From Azolla caroliniana (lineage: Eukaryota > Plantae > Polypodiophyta): DNA of 64,000 nucleotides. Position 1 is the first letter of the stretch. Each line of letters opens with the position of its first letter. The stretch lies in NCBI GenBank assembly GCA_043228905.1, contig JBHGNT010000012.1:18352001-18416000 (forward strand), in the 5' to 3' direction. The notes below the pieces were generated by a model. That model searched no databases. It saw only the letters and a program-made list of their open reading frames with translations, and was not told the origin of the DNA. The position numbers and the translations under genes are program-made. Shown here piece by piece: positions 27,476 through 41,060 of this stretch.

Positions 27476-28529
27476 ACAGAGTCTCATCTCATTGAGATGC
27501 TCTTCAAATTCCACAAGTCAACTATTTAAAGTTTTGCTCCTTCCCGTTTTCTTGATTGTAGGTTTAAGTTTAAAAAACTTTTCAGGAGAGTGGATAGCTT
27601 TTCTATGTGATAGCAATGGATGGTGCACATGAAATAGGCCATGCCATGATCCTCTTGTATATACAGAGCAGAACAATGATAAGTTTTGTTATTTTTTATG
27701 TTGCTTTAGCTTTGGTGTGCTGTATATGTTGAAGACTTGCATGCAAAGAACATGTGTTCCCTTGCACAAAATTGAATTTAGTTGAAGCATGTGCTTAACT
27801 CTTCACCAATTGTATACATCTTGAATGTTTTTCTTATGTCTCTTCTTTCTTGAAGTTTTTGATGTTTTGGTAAAATATATCCTTCATCCATGTTCTTGCA
27901 CAAAAGCTGGATTATTTTATCTAGATCTTGTCTTATCACTTACTCTTGATGTGAAAATAACTCATGCTCGCATGTGCCCTTCAGTGGCAATTTGAGTGTG
28001 ATGCTTGCATTATAATGCCCATTTAACAAGTCATCATATTTCTTGCAATGAAAACCTTATATGTTAGCACATGATAAGTGATATTCATTCTCCACTAGGT
28101 TTTCATTGCATGCCTTGCTTACCTTTGTGTTTATGTGATGAGTTTGTGTTTATGTAATGAGAGAGAGACATGTAGCTCCTTGGTAAGGTTGCCCAATGGA
28201 AACCAAGAATTCATGGGTTCAACCCCTACATTCCATAATGGTATCTAGTAAATTAAGAAGATATGTGTGGAGTAATAGAGAGTTGAGGAAAATTTGTTTT
28301 GAACCCAAGATCTCGTGTTAATAGTGTAACAACTTACCACGTGGGTGAAGTAATTATGATAATAATCAATAAAGAGAGGGAGGTAAACCAAATTTTATGA
28401 GCGGAGAAATTATGATTACATGGGTAAATTCATTTAATCAAAGTAAATGGTCTAGGTTTCTTGAACCTCCATCATATGATCTTAATCATGTCCTTGAATG
28501 ATTTTGGAGATGGTCACAACTATAGAGAG

Positions 28530-31090
28530 CATAACGTACTTTTATTAGTAAAGTCCTCTCCACTTTGGAGGTGATGCTATTATAGTGCCATAAATATAGC
28601 TACATGAGAGTGCTAAATCAACCCTAAACTTATTGGCACTAGTGATAATAACTTTGGAGACCTACACATACGAAGGGCTCCATATTCTTTAGATGAAATG
28701 CTTAACACTAAAGTAGGAGTTAAGAGTATTTGTAAGAAAAGGTGATATAGACTTTTGGAGTCTTTACATAGTCTTTTAGGCATTTTCACACCTAAGCCAC
28801 TACCAAGTCCTATCTCTTTGGTTTTTGTATCTTTGGTCCCTTTTCCTTACAAAATTTGTCACTTGGGCATCATTACCTTTTCCCATTTGTTGGAAGGACT
28901 AGAAATGAAGTGTATTCCCGGTACTCTTTTGTTTAAAAGATATCCATTCATTTAGTAAACAAATCACGAAGTTCTGATTCCTATGTGATCGACAGAGGAC
29001 ATAAGTGGAGTGGCTCTCAACAAAGTAAGAAATTCATGGTGATGAGTAGCTTTATTGTCAGAATCTCCAATAATACAATCCTATTGACACTTCAAAGTAT
29101 GAACTGTGTCCAACCAAATACTTTTTACCAATTCAATTGGTGTGGCCCTTCTTAATGAAAAACGAGAGAGAACCAAGCATTCCCAATGTAATATATAGTA
29201 GTAATATATATCTCCCATAATGGTCACACTTCCTTATCCCAAAAAACTGCATAGACACTACTGGAAGTACACAAACACTTATAGATTTAGTGTGAAAACC
29301 ATGGTCCATAAGTTCAAGGTTGTAATGGAAAATAGAGTAGACAAGCGATGTCCAAACCACCATGCTCCATGTAAATACTGATGGAGGAAAGTAGTCAGCA
29401 AATATTCTAAGGAGGTGTTGTCATACCAGTTGAGACTCAATGCAGACCCATAAACAATGTTTCTAAATTTTAGCTTGTAAATGACAACGAACACAACTAG
29501 AGGATATAACTTATGCAACCATGTGCCAACATGCAAGGCTCAATGCACAAGTAACCATTGTACATGAAATATTTGTCATGACTACTTTGTTATCCATAGG
29601 TTCACCTAGAACTTAGGAAGAAACTTCATAGTAATACCATGTTGACTCTAATATTGAAATGCGGTTGGTAAAAAAAACATCTCATTTATTCGACAACTCA
29701 TGTTTTCCCAATTGTAAAGAATATTGGAAAAAATAAATTTGCTACCAATAAATGGATCGGTCCGCTGATAATCAATTGGATCCCATGCTAATCTGAACAA
29801 AGATTGTGTAGCCAAAACCCACAACTTCCAATGTGACATGATGTCCTCTATCAGTGAATATACCATTCGCAATCAACATATCCTATTACCCTTATATTGT
29901 GTTCCATAGCATAAGGATAATCGATTACCGTTTCTTGCGACTGAAACAATTGATTTTCATTATCCATATCAAAAAGACGGAAGGTCTTATAATCTAAATA
30001 CCCTTTTATAGTCAAGAGTACTTCCAATCTTGAAAAAACACCTACCCATTTATGGTAAGAGCTAGTGGTGCTATGGTGACTCCACTCACAGCGTCCTGAA
30101 TTTGATGATACATTAGTTGTTCTCCATGCATCCTAGTTAGTACTTGTTTTTGTTCTTCTTAAGAGCGAGGTAGAAAACTTGCCAGGTCTTGACCTAGTTA
30201 GGATGACCTTCTGCCATTTTTCCCCATGCCAACCATTCTCTAGAACCCACCACTAAACCATTTGATGTTGTAAACAACAGGTTCCATACCACCCTTTGTT
30301 TGAGTTACTCATCATAATATGTAGGGTTGGGTTTAGTGCGGAGAAAATAAGGTAAGACTTGTTTCCATGCAAAAAAAACAATCCGAATAAATTTGTCCTC
30401 CCATCCATGGGATTAAGGTACTTTGAAATTTTCCCTAAATACCCTATTTATATCCTTCGATCAGGTTGCACCTACGTGAGGAAAGCATTCTAAACAACAA
30501 TCATGCAAGAATACTTTTCATATCTCCTCCCTTTGGAGTAAATCCTCTAATAATCAACCGAGTTAACAATGCTCTTGACTGGTCTATTGGATCAATAATA
30601 CCTAGTCCTTCATTAGAACCAAGTTAAGGTAATAACATCCCATTTAACTTTGGACTGAGCATGACCCTCCAATTTACCAGACCACAAGAAATTTGAATCA
30701 ATCTTTGTATTTGCATGATGCATGACTTGGAAAAGATCCAGCATGACAAAACATACCATGTTGTTGCCAACAATACTTTGTTGGCAACTACAATCCGTCC
30801 AACATTTTCCTTATGCTCAGTAAGAGGGGTGCCACAATTTTCTATTGATAAATCAATACTTATTCCACGTCCTAGGTACCAAACTAGGGTACCTCCCGGA
30901 ATCCACCGAAATTGTGGGTGTGGATTCCATATGAGGGTCTTCACCCCCAACCCAAAATTCCATGGATTTGTTCCAATTGACAAGTGCACCTAGAGCCTTA
31001 CATAATGTAGTTAGGGCCATTTCAAGTTTTTGGAGGTTATACAAATTACCTTGTAAAATATAGGGTAGTGGCATCCGCAAATTCAAATTG
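28530..31090 (-). mobile_element. 5'-truncated, decayed L1-type LINE ORF2 (RT C-terminal half)
   Basis: Minus strand EFADATTL (YADD-equivalent) at ~31085, then GALVNWNKS, GRIVVANKVLLATTWYVLSCW..IQRLIQ, GLGIIDP. Many stops and frameshifts. The 3' boundary is approximate. Confidence 0.75.
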
Positions 31091-33790
31091 TTCTATATTG
31101 TTCAACCTTATGAGTGCACACTCTTTGGGGCCATCGCTTCACGCACCATAACAGGGTGTAAGTAGCATGTGATAGGCCTAGGGTTTTATGAGGCCAAACA
31201 TAATTATATTACAATTCAAAGGCCGGTATTCTTTTACTACCTACCATTGAATGGAATTGCAAAGTAGGGGATACCATGTGGTTAGATATTTGTGGTTATG
31301 TGTAAATTGTGTCTTTAGTTTTGAACCATGTTGCAGCCACGACAGGGGCAATCCTCTTCAACATTATTTGAGAACCAAAATTGTGTATTACTTTTAGTCC
31401 ACCCTTCACATTTTGTTTGCACTCATTTATGATAGTCCATTTCATAAACATTGTTTTAATGGTACCTTTTCCAATTTAACTTACACCATAATGCTCTTGA
31501 CCTTTGGTGTAAAAGGGGAACGATGTACTTAGTATAGAACAAGTGTAAAACATCTCTAAACCTGGCAATTCAAACTTACCCCTACCTCACTTGCTTGAAA
31601 ATGAAAATTAGAAAACTCAAATTGAAGATGAAAACAGAGAAGGAAATATTTTTCAAAATGACTCATCCCTAAGCCATGAGACACCTCGTCTCAATTATAT
31701 TTTGTACTTCAGGAGTCTTGAATGAAGTCTTTGATTATTGTTCGCAATGATGTTGAAAATTTAACTAAAGATAGAAATAGAGAAGGCAAGATTGGGCATG
31801 TTGACACAACCGAAAGGCCACTGAGGCATGTCATCTCAATTGTAGTATTGTGTTTGTAACTTAAACCTTTGATTCTTCTCAAACATGATGAATTAAAAGA
31901 AGAGGAAATTGTAACTCCTAATACTTATTTATTTTTTGAAAAGAGATAAGCCTTGGTATTATAAAATCACAAAAAATACAAAAGTTGGGTTGGATAAAGG
32001 AGTATACCAACCGACTCCATTGTGCTCACATCATAGCCAATTTGATGTGTACACAAGAACTACACAAATTTGTACACCATATCTCCAAGATTTTTATGGT
32101 CTACTCCTCCCAAATTGCAACCGAGCATGCAATGTAACCTATACCACGAAAATCTGTAGCAACAGAGTGTCCATAAACAAAGTTAGTAGACATTGTTTCC
32201 CAAAATGACAGGAAGAGTATAGATCCATATTATGTGATCTCCATCTTCCCTAAAAATAAGCATTGAATCCCATAACCTTTTAAAATGCATTTGCTTCCTG
32301 AAAATGGCATCTGCATTGCATGTAAAACTCAAATACTAAAAATGTAACTCCTAATATTAAATATGTAGAATCACAAATACTCAAAGAAGAAATCACTCAA
32401 ACCAATATGGTGAAAATTTTAACCATTTGATGCTAGCACAAAGCATTGTGCCTTGACATCCTTCCTTGCGAAAGGTACGAGATTATCGAAGCTAATGACT
32501 TTCTTTGACTAGGAATTTGGACATTCATAGAATAGCATTGTGATTGATAAGTGTCAACTAGAGAACCTTTCATAATTCTCAATCATGATGAGTTAAAAGG
32601 CATAGAAAAAGTTGTGAACATTGACTACGCAAAATGGTAAGCACTAAAAGAATAAATCATTTACCAAAATAGTGAAAGCAATTAAGCTTTGGATGATTGC
32701 ATAAAACATTGTGCCTTCAACCTTCTTCCTCGTAAAAGGTATATCGTTAAGGAAGCTAATGACTCTCTTTGACTATGAATCTTGAAACATTCATTACATA
32801 ATATTGCAAACTCCCACAAGTGTCAATGAATCTTTGACCTTCATCGATTTCAACTCATTCACCAAATTTCGGGATTTAATCCATATTCATCTTCCTTTGG
32901 GGTGGGGCACTCCCATTGCACATGTTTCACATCGATCATTACCCAAAGTTCAAAACCTCCCTAACGATAAAGTAGGGTTGAAAGGTTGTGGGTAAAGAGA
33001 AATACAAAGAGGCAAACAATATGTTGCTATTTTTTTACTAATTTTTCCCACTTGACTTGATAAATTTTCACGACTATTGGGACATTGACACTCCTAACAA
33101 CATTGCCACCTTAATTAATTACATGAAGATGCCTAACTCATTGCTACCGTACAACTTATCACTTGTAGTGATTGATGTACTATTAGTGTAATTGTAAACC
33201 ATGGTTTTGTAAACAATTGTTTATCGTCATATGTGGAAGTTCATCATGCATGGCTATAATCATTCCACTTAACCCTTTTATTAATGTGAAATTGTAATGC
33301 TTCAGTTGTCAAAGTAGCAAGCATATAAATAAGGGCGGATGATAACAAGGTGATTCCCTTAGTATCTCTCCCACTACCCCACGAGTGAAAGGGTAGATTT
33401 GAAGACCTTGCAAGTAAATGGGGGATGTAATAAGTCCATGTGATGAGTAAGTGCTAGAGTTATTCAAGTCTCACTTCGTCGCGCCATAGGGTAGGGATAG
33501 TATGGGTGTGCTACATGAAAACTACGTGTTTCGTTCACAAGAGACACAACCAGACTATATGATTAACTTGCTCTCTCTCTTCGACAATTTCATTCTCGAG
33601 AAAAGGGTGCACAACAAGAGTGACGCGAATGCAAGGTCATCCATCATCCATAAGAGTCTCGGGAACGAGTGGGCGAGCGAGGAGTGAAGGGTACGGAAAT
33701 TCTCTCTCGTCGGTCTATAGGCCCAAAATCATGGCAAGGCTAGGGATGGGACAGGTGCCACATGGCCTTAAACTTTACATGAAGTCAACT

Positions 33791-33850
33791 AGTGTGAGTG
33801 AGTGAGTGAGTGAGTGAGTGAGTGAGTGAGTGAGTGTGTGTGTGTGTGTG
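33791..33850. repeat. (GTGA)n(GT)n microsatellite
   Basis: Direct reading. Confidence 0.95.
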
Positions 33851-35329
33851 TTAGGAACATTAAGAAGAGATGATGATGGTGGTGGTTGTTTCCTGCTTCT
33901 ATAAAAAAAAACTCGTGTGGCCTGCCAAAATAGTACCATGGGATTGCTAATTCCGGACATGCTGAAAATTATAAATAAACTAAATAAACTCATAAAAAGA
34001 AATCTTTCTGCCCTTTGCTTTTTGCGTTTTGCGTTTTGCTTTTCGTGTTCTCCCCTGTCTTCTTGCCCGGACAAAAAGGCTTCCGAGGCGTCAGCGTCCA
34101 CGTCGGATCTCAGCCCTGCCGATGTGGCCGCCACGTGTCGCCCTTTTCCTTTTTGGATGGACGCGAAGTGGCATCCACGTCGGATCTCAATATCTTTAGT
34201 ACGCTTTCAGATTTCCATCTTCATTGAATTTCAAAGGAGAGTTTCAGAGAAGATCCCCGCCTTCCATTGCTTCTTCAACGCGTCAGAGTTTTTCACAGAT
34301 ACTGACTCGTTTCATTCTGCTCTGATAGAGGATTTCAATCCATTTAATTGTTGTACACAGTAATTTACATTTACATTTTCAAAGGAGTAATTTTCACAGA
34401 TACTGACTCTTGTCGCCATGATCTCAAGGTATTAGGGTTTAGGATTTACGATCATGTGCATTGCAATCTTTATGATTTTGTTGCCATTGTCTGCCGCGAT
34501 TAGGGTTTATGCTCATGTGCAATCGCTATATGATTTGTTGCCATCGATGATGAAACGTTGGAGATACAGCCGCTCGTATTTCTCGAATGGTTTAGGGTTT
34601 AGGCTTCAGCTATGACGGATATGAACGAATCTGATTGAAATCTAGAAAGAAAACAACGTACAAACATACTTGCTCACCAAAAATTGGAGCAAAAGGCCGA
34701 GATCATGGATAATGCTACAGAAAACGAACCTGCAGAGTTGAGATGCTCAACCAATAAAAGGCGTCGATGATCATCGTTATGCAGAGAATCGCACCCTTCA
34801 TAATCGCCAGGGGATATTACTATTGATCTACGCAGCAGAATTAAACAAACAATGCATCGGTTTCAAGATCTAATCTACGACGTTTTCTTTAATTCATAGC
34901 AGAGGATGCTCTCGATCTGAATCGCGCTCTCTCAATCTCTCTCCCTCTATCGCGATTAGTGCACACGATTACTCAGGATTAAAACGCAAACAGTGTTATA
35001 TCCAAAATTAATAATCGTCAGTTTGCAGTTACAGGCATGCAAGCAAATCCCATGGATGGGATTGGGATGCATTTTGATCCCCTTTTCACTTAACTAAGTA
35101 CAGCTACGACGGTCCAGTATACGATCAAAAAAAGAAGACAGCGTACAACCACAGACAGACAGAGAATCTGATGGCATTACAGTCGATCGATCCTACGAAT
35201 GTGTGTATGTATGTATGTATTCATGTATGTATATACGTATCTATCGGAAACAAAATTATATACGGAAGGGGGGACTGATTTGCAATTGGAGCAGGAATTT
35301 GCAGGAATTTGGCAGGAAATTTGCAGGAA

Positions 35330-36415
35330 TCAGATGGAGGCGGCGAGAGAGAAATTGGTGCGTGCCTTGGAGCCGCGAAGCTTCCTGGCGGCGGCGTCGT
35401 AGGCTCGGGCGGCGTCCTCCGCTGTGTCGAAGGTACCCAGCCAATGGCGGCACCTCCCAACCCTATCCCTAATCTCTGCAGACCACCTGCCCCATGGCCT
35501 CTTCCTCACGCCCCGGAACTGCACCCTGCTGCTCGAACCAGATATGGCGCCCCCCGCAGAAGACGCAGAAGCAGAAGATGAAGAAGACGAAGATTTGATG
35601 CTACCTTTACCATACGCACGGCCATTAATAGCAGGCTTCTTCGTTAAGCATCCATTTCTTGCCAACAACAGTGCCGCTGCCGACGATGAGGCCCCGATTG
35701 TACCACATCTCGACATGTCCATCTCCACATATCCATCTTCCCTGCATCCCCTCGCTGGCATACCTGCGGCGGAGACGCATATCGCATTCATTAGATTCTT
35801 AGTGGCATTGAATTGATCTGCTCTTCTGGCTATGGCCATACCCGCGCCGTTACTGTGACTGTCTTCATGATGAGAAGCAGCGGTGGTACGATGGCTTTCT
35901 TGCCCGATGTGATTCTGCCGAGGCCTGTCCGTACAGTCCATGGTACCTTTCATGCCGTACAGCACATGAACCCCCACGATGGCTGCGAGATCCTCTACCT
36001 CGGGCTTACTGCTACCATTAGCAGCGTTATAATAACGCAGGAGATGGTCACTGTAGTTCGGATCTCCGGCATAGCTGATGATTCCTGCAGGCTCGGCTAC
36101 CTGCAGGGACTGATTCTGGTAACGATTCGCGTATGGAGGAAGATAGCCATCGCCCAGGCAATCTAAATAGTGGCCCTGATCAAACTGGGCGGAGAGAGCA
36201 TCGCTGATCCCCGATGAACAAGTAGGAGACGGCGGCTGTGATGCGGACGCGGATGATATGCAGTAATTTGCGGTGCTGTATGAAGAATTGCAAGGTATAG
36301 AAATGGAGGAATCAGGTTCCATGAAAGGTGCAGAAGTGGTAGTACCACCACAGGCAGGATAATCTGCAGGCTGCTGCCGAGGAGGAGGATGGAGGAAGAT
36401 GTCATGAAGAGCCAT
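35330..36415 (-). CDS. ERF084: AP2/ERF transcription factor, ERF084-like
   Basis: Single exon, 361 aa. C-terminal AP2 domain [56 protein letters not shown]. The [14 protein letters not shown] signature matches the ERF084 group. Confidence 0.88.
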   Translation of the reverse strand: MALHDIFLHPPPRQQPADYPACGGTTTSAPFMEPDSSISIPCNSSYSTANYCISSASASQPPSPTCSSGISDALSAQFDQGHYLDCLGDGYLPPYANRYQNQSLQVAEPAGIISYAGDPNYSDHLLRYYNAANGSSKPEVEDLAAIVGVHVLYGMKGTMDCTDRPRQNHIGQESHRTTAASHHEDSHSNGAGMAIARRADQFNATKNLMNAICVSAAGMPARGCREDGYVEMDMSRCGTIGASSSAAALLLARNGCLTKKPAINGRAYGKGSIKSSSSSSSASASSAGGAISGSSSRVQFRGVRKRPWGRWSAEIRDRVGRCRHWLGTFDTAEDAARAYDAAARKLRGSKARTNFSLAASI

Positions 36416-36463
36416 TAAATCAGAACTATTATCTACAGTGTTTTCTTACCATGAAAGGATGAG

Positions 36464-36466
<3 letters not shown>

Positions 36467-36504
<38 letters not shown>

Positions 36505-36622
36505 AGAAGGAGGGAGAACAGGAGGCATCCACGTATTTATACAGAAACAGGAGTACATACATACATATATGCATGATGCATGCATACTGGCTGGTTGTAT
36601 GTATGTACGTATGTATGTATAC

Positions 36623-36655
<33 letters not shown>

Positions 36656-36830
36656 TGTATGTATGTATGTATGTTGGTTTGTATATATGTATGTATGTAT
36701 GCTAGCTTGTATGCATGTTTGTTTGCTGTATGTATGTTTGTTTGTTTGTTCGCTTGTGTGTATGTATGTATGTAGGTGAAGAATGGATGCATGCATGTGA
36801 TGTGTGGGTGAATGCATGTATGTGCTTAGT
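36467..36830. repeat. (GA)n and (TATG)n microsatellites 5' of the ERF gene
   Basis: Direct reading. Confidence 0.92.
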
Positions 36831-38797
36831 GCTATGTATGGGGTGACACGGTCAATAGGAACGTCCCTAGTGCCTACAGTGTGAAACCGGACTCTTGAAT
36901 GATCCGTGCGAGCCATTGCTGCTCCCGTACACACAATTTGTACGGCATGTTCTCTCTCACACACATACACCCCCCCCCGCCCCTTCCCCTCTTCTCATAT
37001 TTAGGGTTTTTTTTCATCATTGCTCCTCCATTAATCATTCCATTTACACACAAAGGGAGTAGCCCTTCCTTAAGAATGATAAGACCTTCTCCACCACCAC
37101 CACCTTCTTCTCCTCCTCATGGGCTGAATCTCTCTCTCTCTCTCTCTCTCTCTGCTTGGCCTATTTTGGTCCCCCCAATTTCCCACATGCCCATGTTTAA
37201 TGAAACATTCTCTCTCTCTCTTTTGTGCCCAAGATTGACGTGGTGAAGGACCCACTTGCTTCACTTACACTTGGTATTTTCTCTTTAATGCATCCCTCTC
37301 CTTTGGAGATTACAATATTCAACTCATCTCATATTTCCAATCCACCTTTCATTTAGGGTATATACATGAGAATCGAGATTCATTCTACACCATGGACATG
37401 ACTCTCTCTCTATACATATCTATCACACACACACACACACAATACACATAAATGTAATGTGCCATGACCACACATATATAATGTGCCGCGACACGAGTCC
37501 TTGAAGATGAATGACCCATCGGACATCCTATGGTGGTCATTTTGTCTTGATCTCGGTTTCCAGTGCATCTCTCTTTACATGAAGGCTACAAAAGTCACTC
37601 TACCAATTAGAGCCATTATAGGCACTAAACTCTGGTGTAGAACATCATGCAAACCTGGATATGAGGTCATGTGGAAATTGAAGGATTTGTGTTGGACCAG
37701 CGGTTACCATGGACTAAGGATTGAGCAAACGTCTTGGATCTTAGATGCGGTGAACATTAGATTATGCACCCAAAGATTTGGGAAACTTATTTAATATGAT
37801 TGAAGAAGACGATAACAAAAATAATGGGAAGTTGAAAGCTCTCAATTTCTCCCAACATTAGCAAGCTTATAGGAATTGAAGGTTCATGATATTACAACTT
37901 ACAAGCATTGCTGCCTCGTGACAATGAAATTTCATGTTGTGAAAGCCAAAAGTTCATGTATTGATTATTCCACGTGGATTCCTTGTGTAAATGACATTTG
38001 TGACTTCCTCCTTGTATATACTACAGATGACCACATTTGCAACAATGTCTTGCAATGCATCATGATAGAGGGGTTAATATCATCATCATATTCAAAGGAG
38101 CTTCTTTACCAACATTCGTAAGTTGATGAACAATCGTTTTCTTCTAGCAAGAGGCAATGTACTTATGAATAAATAATGAATATATGCAATGCCTTGAAAC
38201 ATAAATTTTTTGGAGGAGTTCTAGGAAACATTTGACATTATGACAAAGAACTCATAGATTTTATATATTACAATAGCTATAGCCAAAAATCATTTCATAC
38301 CTAATTGAAAATTAGATTCCTATCTAGGTGACAAGTTGTCCTACCTAGGACAAAATATAAAATTGAGTATACGTATTTTAACTAGCTCCACAAAACCCAG
38401 TACACGTACATATACATGCTATTACTATATTCAAGTTCTCAACAAAACAATAGATTATAGGACTATGGTTTCATTAGGGTTGTTGGATCCTCTAGTCACT
38501 CCATCATAGAATATAAGTATCCAGATTTGTTATTCTAGCACATATGTTTGTACTTGTATATTTTTCATGTCCTCCTTTCACCACATATGTTTGTTCAATA
38601 ATAGCTTTGCTTTTTCATAGTAAAAAATCAATACATGTTTGTGAACATCAAAACTTTAACCTTAGAGTTTAAACATTTTTGGTACATTGTTATATTTTTA
38701 CAACCTCTGTACACAAAATCATTGTCACTCACATATGTCCACACGAGGGAAAATATATTTTAGATTAGTGTCCACGTCGCCATATATAAAGTGAATG

Positions 38798-39202
38798 ATG
38801 TTGTAAGTACCATTTCACATGTATGACCGAGTGGAAAATGTAAATTCATATCATTGTCGTCCATGGTAGATAGTTATAGATATTTTTAACATCTATAGAG
38901 AGGCCAATAATGATCCATGCAAGCTAAGTATGTCAACAAAAGGGTGATTTGTGATGGCCTCTAAAATTCCAAGAATGTATGTATCCCGCTACTAAGCATG
39001 TTGTAAGTACCATTTCACATGTATGACCGAGTGGAAAATGTAAATTCATATCATTGTCGTCCACGATAGATAGTTATAGATATTTTTAACGTCTATAGAG
39101 AGGCCAATAATGATCCATGCAAACTAAGAATGTCAACTAAAGGGTGATTTGCGATGGCCTCTAAAATTCCAAGAATGTTTGTATCCCACTACTGAGCATG
39201 TT
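38798..39202. repeat. Tandem duplication, 200-bp unit x2
   Basis: ATGTTGTAAGTACCATTTCACATGTATGACCGAG... starts at 38798 and 38998, with few mismatches. Confidence 0.93.
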
Positions 39203-40299
39203 ATAATTTAGAATAGGTTTGGTGGGGAAGGTTAGTTACCATTTGAATTATAATGCCATCCACTTTGTATTAAGGTCATAAACCCTTTGTGCAACCTCTC
39301 TTTGCACATCTCTTTTGCTAGATAATATAGATTTGAACATTTACTTTTTTCAATCTAGCTTGCCAACTATTTTTTGAAGTGGGTGGCAGGCATGGGATTA
39401 TTTTATGGAAATTGTAGGTTGGTTTAAGTTGTTTTAAACTTAAGTACTTTCTATAAGGAAAATCAATGAATCTACATGTTGTCATTTGTTAGATCCCATG
39501 GGCTTGGAGAAAAATAATATATTGTTTGGTATATAATAGTAATGTTTTTGGATTGGAGATCATGATTTCTCGCTCTAAGTAAGAGGAAGTGGATTGTAAT
39601 TTCTTAGGATCATGTAAAATATAACCTCGAGAGTGTTGCTTAAATTTTGACTCAAAGATTCCCCTCAAAAAAGGACCCAAAATATTTTGAGAAATCATCT
39701 TCCTATAATACTATGTGTGATCATTGCCCATAGTTTAGAGTGCATAAACAACACTCGTCCACATGAAGAAGATGGCATCCATTCACTGAATAATAAATGA
39801 TCAATCGTTGTTTATGGCTAGAAATTTACACTTAAGTGATGAGATCAACTATGAGGAGATCATTTCTTTCAATCGTGCTCACAAAGAACAAAAAAAAACT
39901 CACTATTTTTTGGGGGGAATCTCAACAACGATCAAACAAATATAATGCTTTTAAATAGTCCCCATTGTGATTTGTCCATTCATCTCACAAGTAAAATGTG
40001 GTAGCATATATAGCTATAACACAAAGGAACTACCCTAAAGGATAAACGAAACAGACATCTTAACGACAATAGTGTTTGTTAGATGTTTCGGTAAATTGTC
40101 CCATCTCAACTTTTCTTGCATGAAGAAACTTTCTACATACATGGATGACACATGCGAGGACACAAATCACCTCATCAATGCCAAATGCATCTGCCCCGCA
40201 ATTTGGAAATGTGGATGCATTAGTTGAGGATTAATATTGACGAGAAAATAATGCTCTTTTGGTCATTCAGCCATTTGATCAAATCTTTTGTGCAAAAGC

Positions 40300-41055
40300 G
40301 AGGTAGCACGTGTGATGTTGTGCTACGTGTCATATTGAAGTATTATAATACCATCATTGGATGACTTGTTAACATGGAGGCTCCATGTCATTCGATCACT
40401 TGCAAGTTGCCATCATGGAGGCCATGTGTCACCCCATGCGATGCCGAGGTGGGTGCCACGTGGCATTGTTGGTTGGGTCTTGATAACATGGATGCCATGT
40501 GTCGCCCTGTGCCTTGTTGATGTGGGTTCCACATGTCACCGTTGCAGACGTGGATCCACATGTCATTGCAGGCCTTGCTAACATGGATGCCACGTGTCAC
40601 TCGAGCTTAAATAGTCATTTGATGACTTGCAAACAGGGAGGCCACGTGTCCCCAATGACTTGGCAACACAGATGCCACATGTGATTGTTCGTCTTGCCAA
40701 TGTGGATGCCACATGCCATGTTTGGTTTTGCTAATGTGGATGCTACGTGTCGGCCCATGTAGTGCCAGCGTGGATGCCACGTGTCATGTCGCTTTCGCAT
40801 TTAAAGAGTTTTAGGGGTAGTTTTTTTGGAGGGTTCAGGGAGGGGATGTGTCCATGTGTCATTTGATGACTCGCCAACACGGATGCCACGTGTGATCGTT
40901 CGTCTTGCGAATGTGGATGCCACGTGTCATGTTTGGTTTTGCTAATGTGGACGCTACGTGTCAGGCCGTGCTGTGCCAACGTGGATGCCACGTGTCATCT
41001 CGCTTTCGCATTTAAAGAGTTTCAGGGGGGGTTAGTTGTTTTTGGAGGGTCAGGA
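40300..41055. repeat. G-box/ABRE-rich degenerate repeat array with a 211-bp higher-order duplication, abutting the WEX ATG
   Basis: TGGATGCCACGTGTC-type motif recurs every ~30-50 bp. GCTTTCGCATTTAAAGAGTT occurs at 40791 and 41002. Confidence 0.85.
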
Positions 41056-41060
41056 GAGGA

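Noticed and set aside
33775-34363. ORFs 33917-34363 (+) and 33775-34134 (-) as genes
   Set aside because: No recognisable domain, partly microsatellite-derived, and no splice context. CCACGTCGGATCTC repeats suggest a repeat remnant.
34428-34602. TTAGGG(TTT) motifs as interstitial telomere
   Set aside because: Only scattered single units, no array.
34545-34636. Possible C/D box snoRNA (ATGATGA...CTGA)
   Set aside because: No convincing terminal stem and no rRNA-complementary guide that I can recognise.
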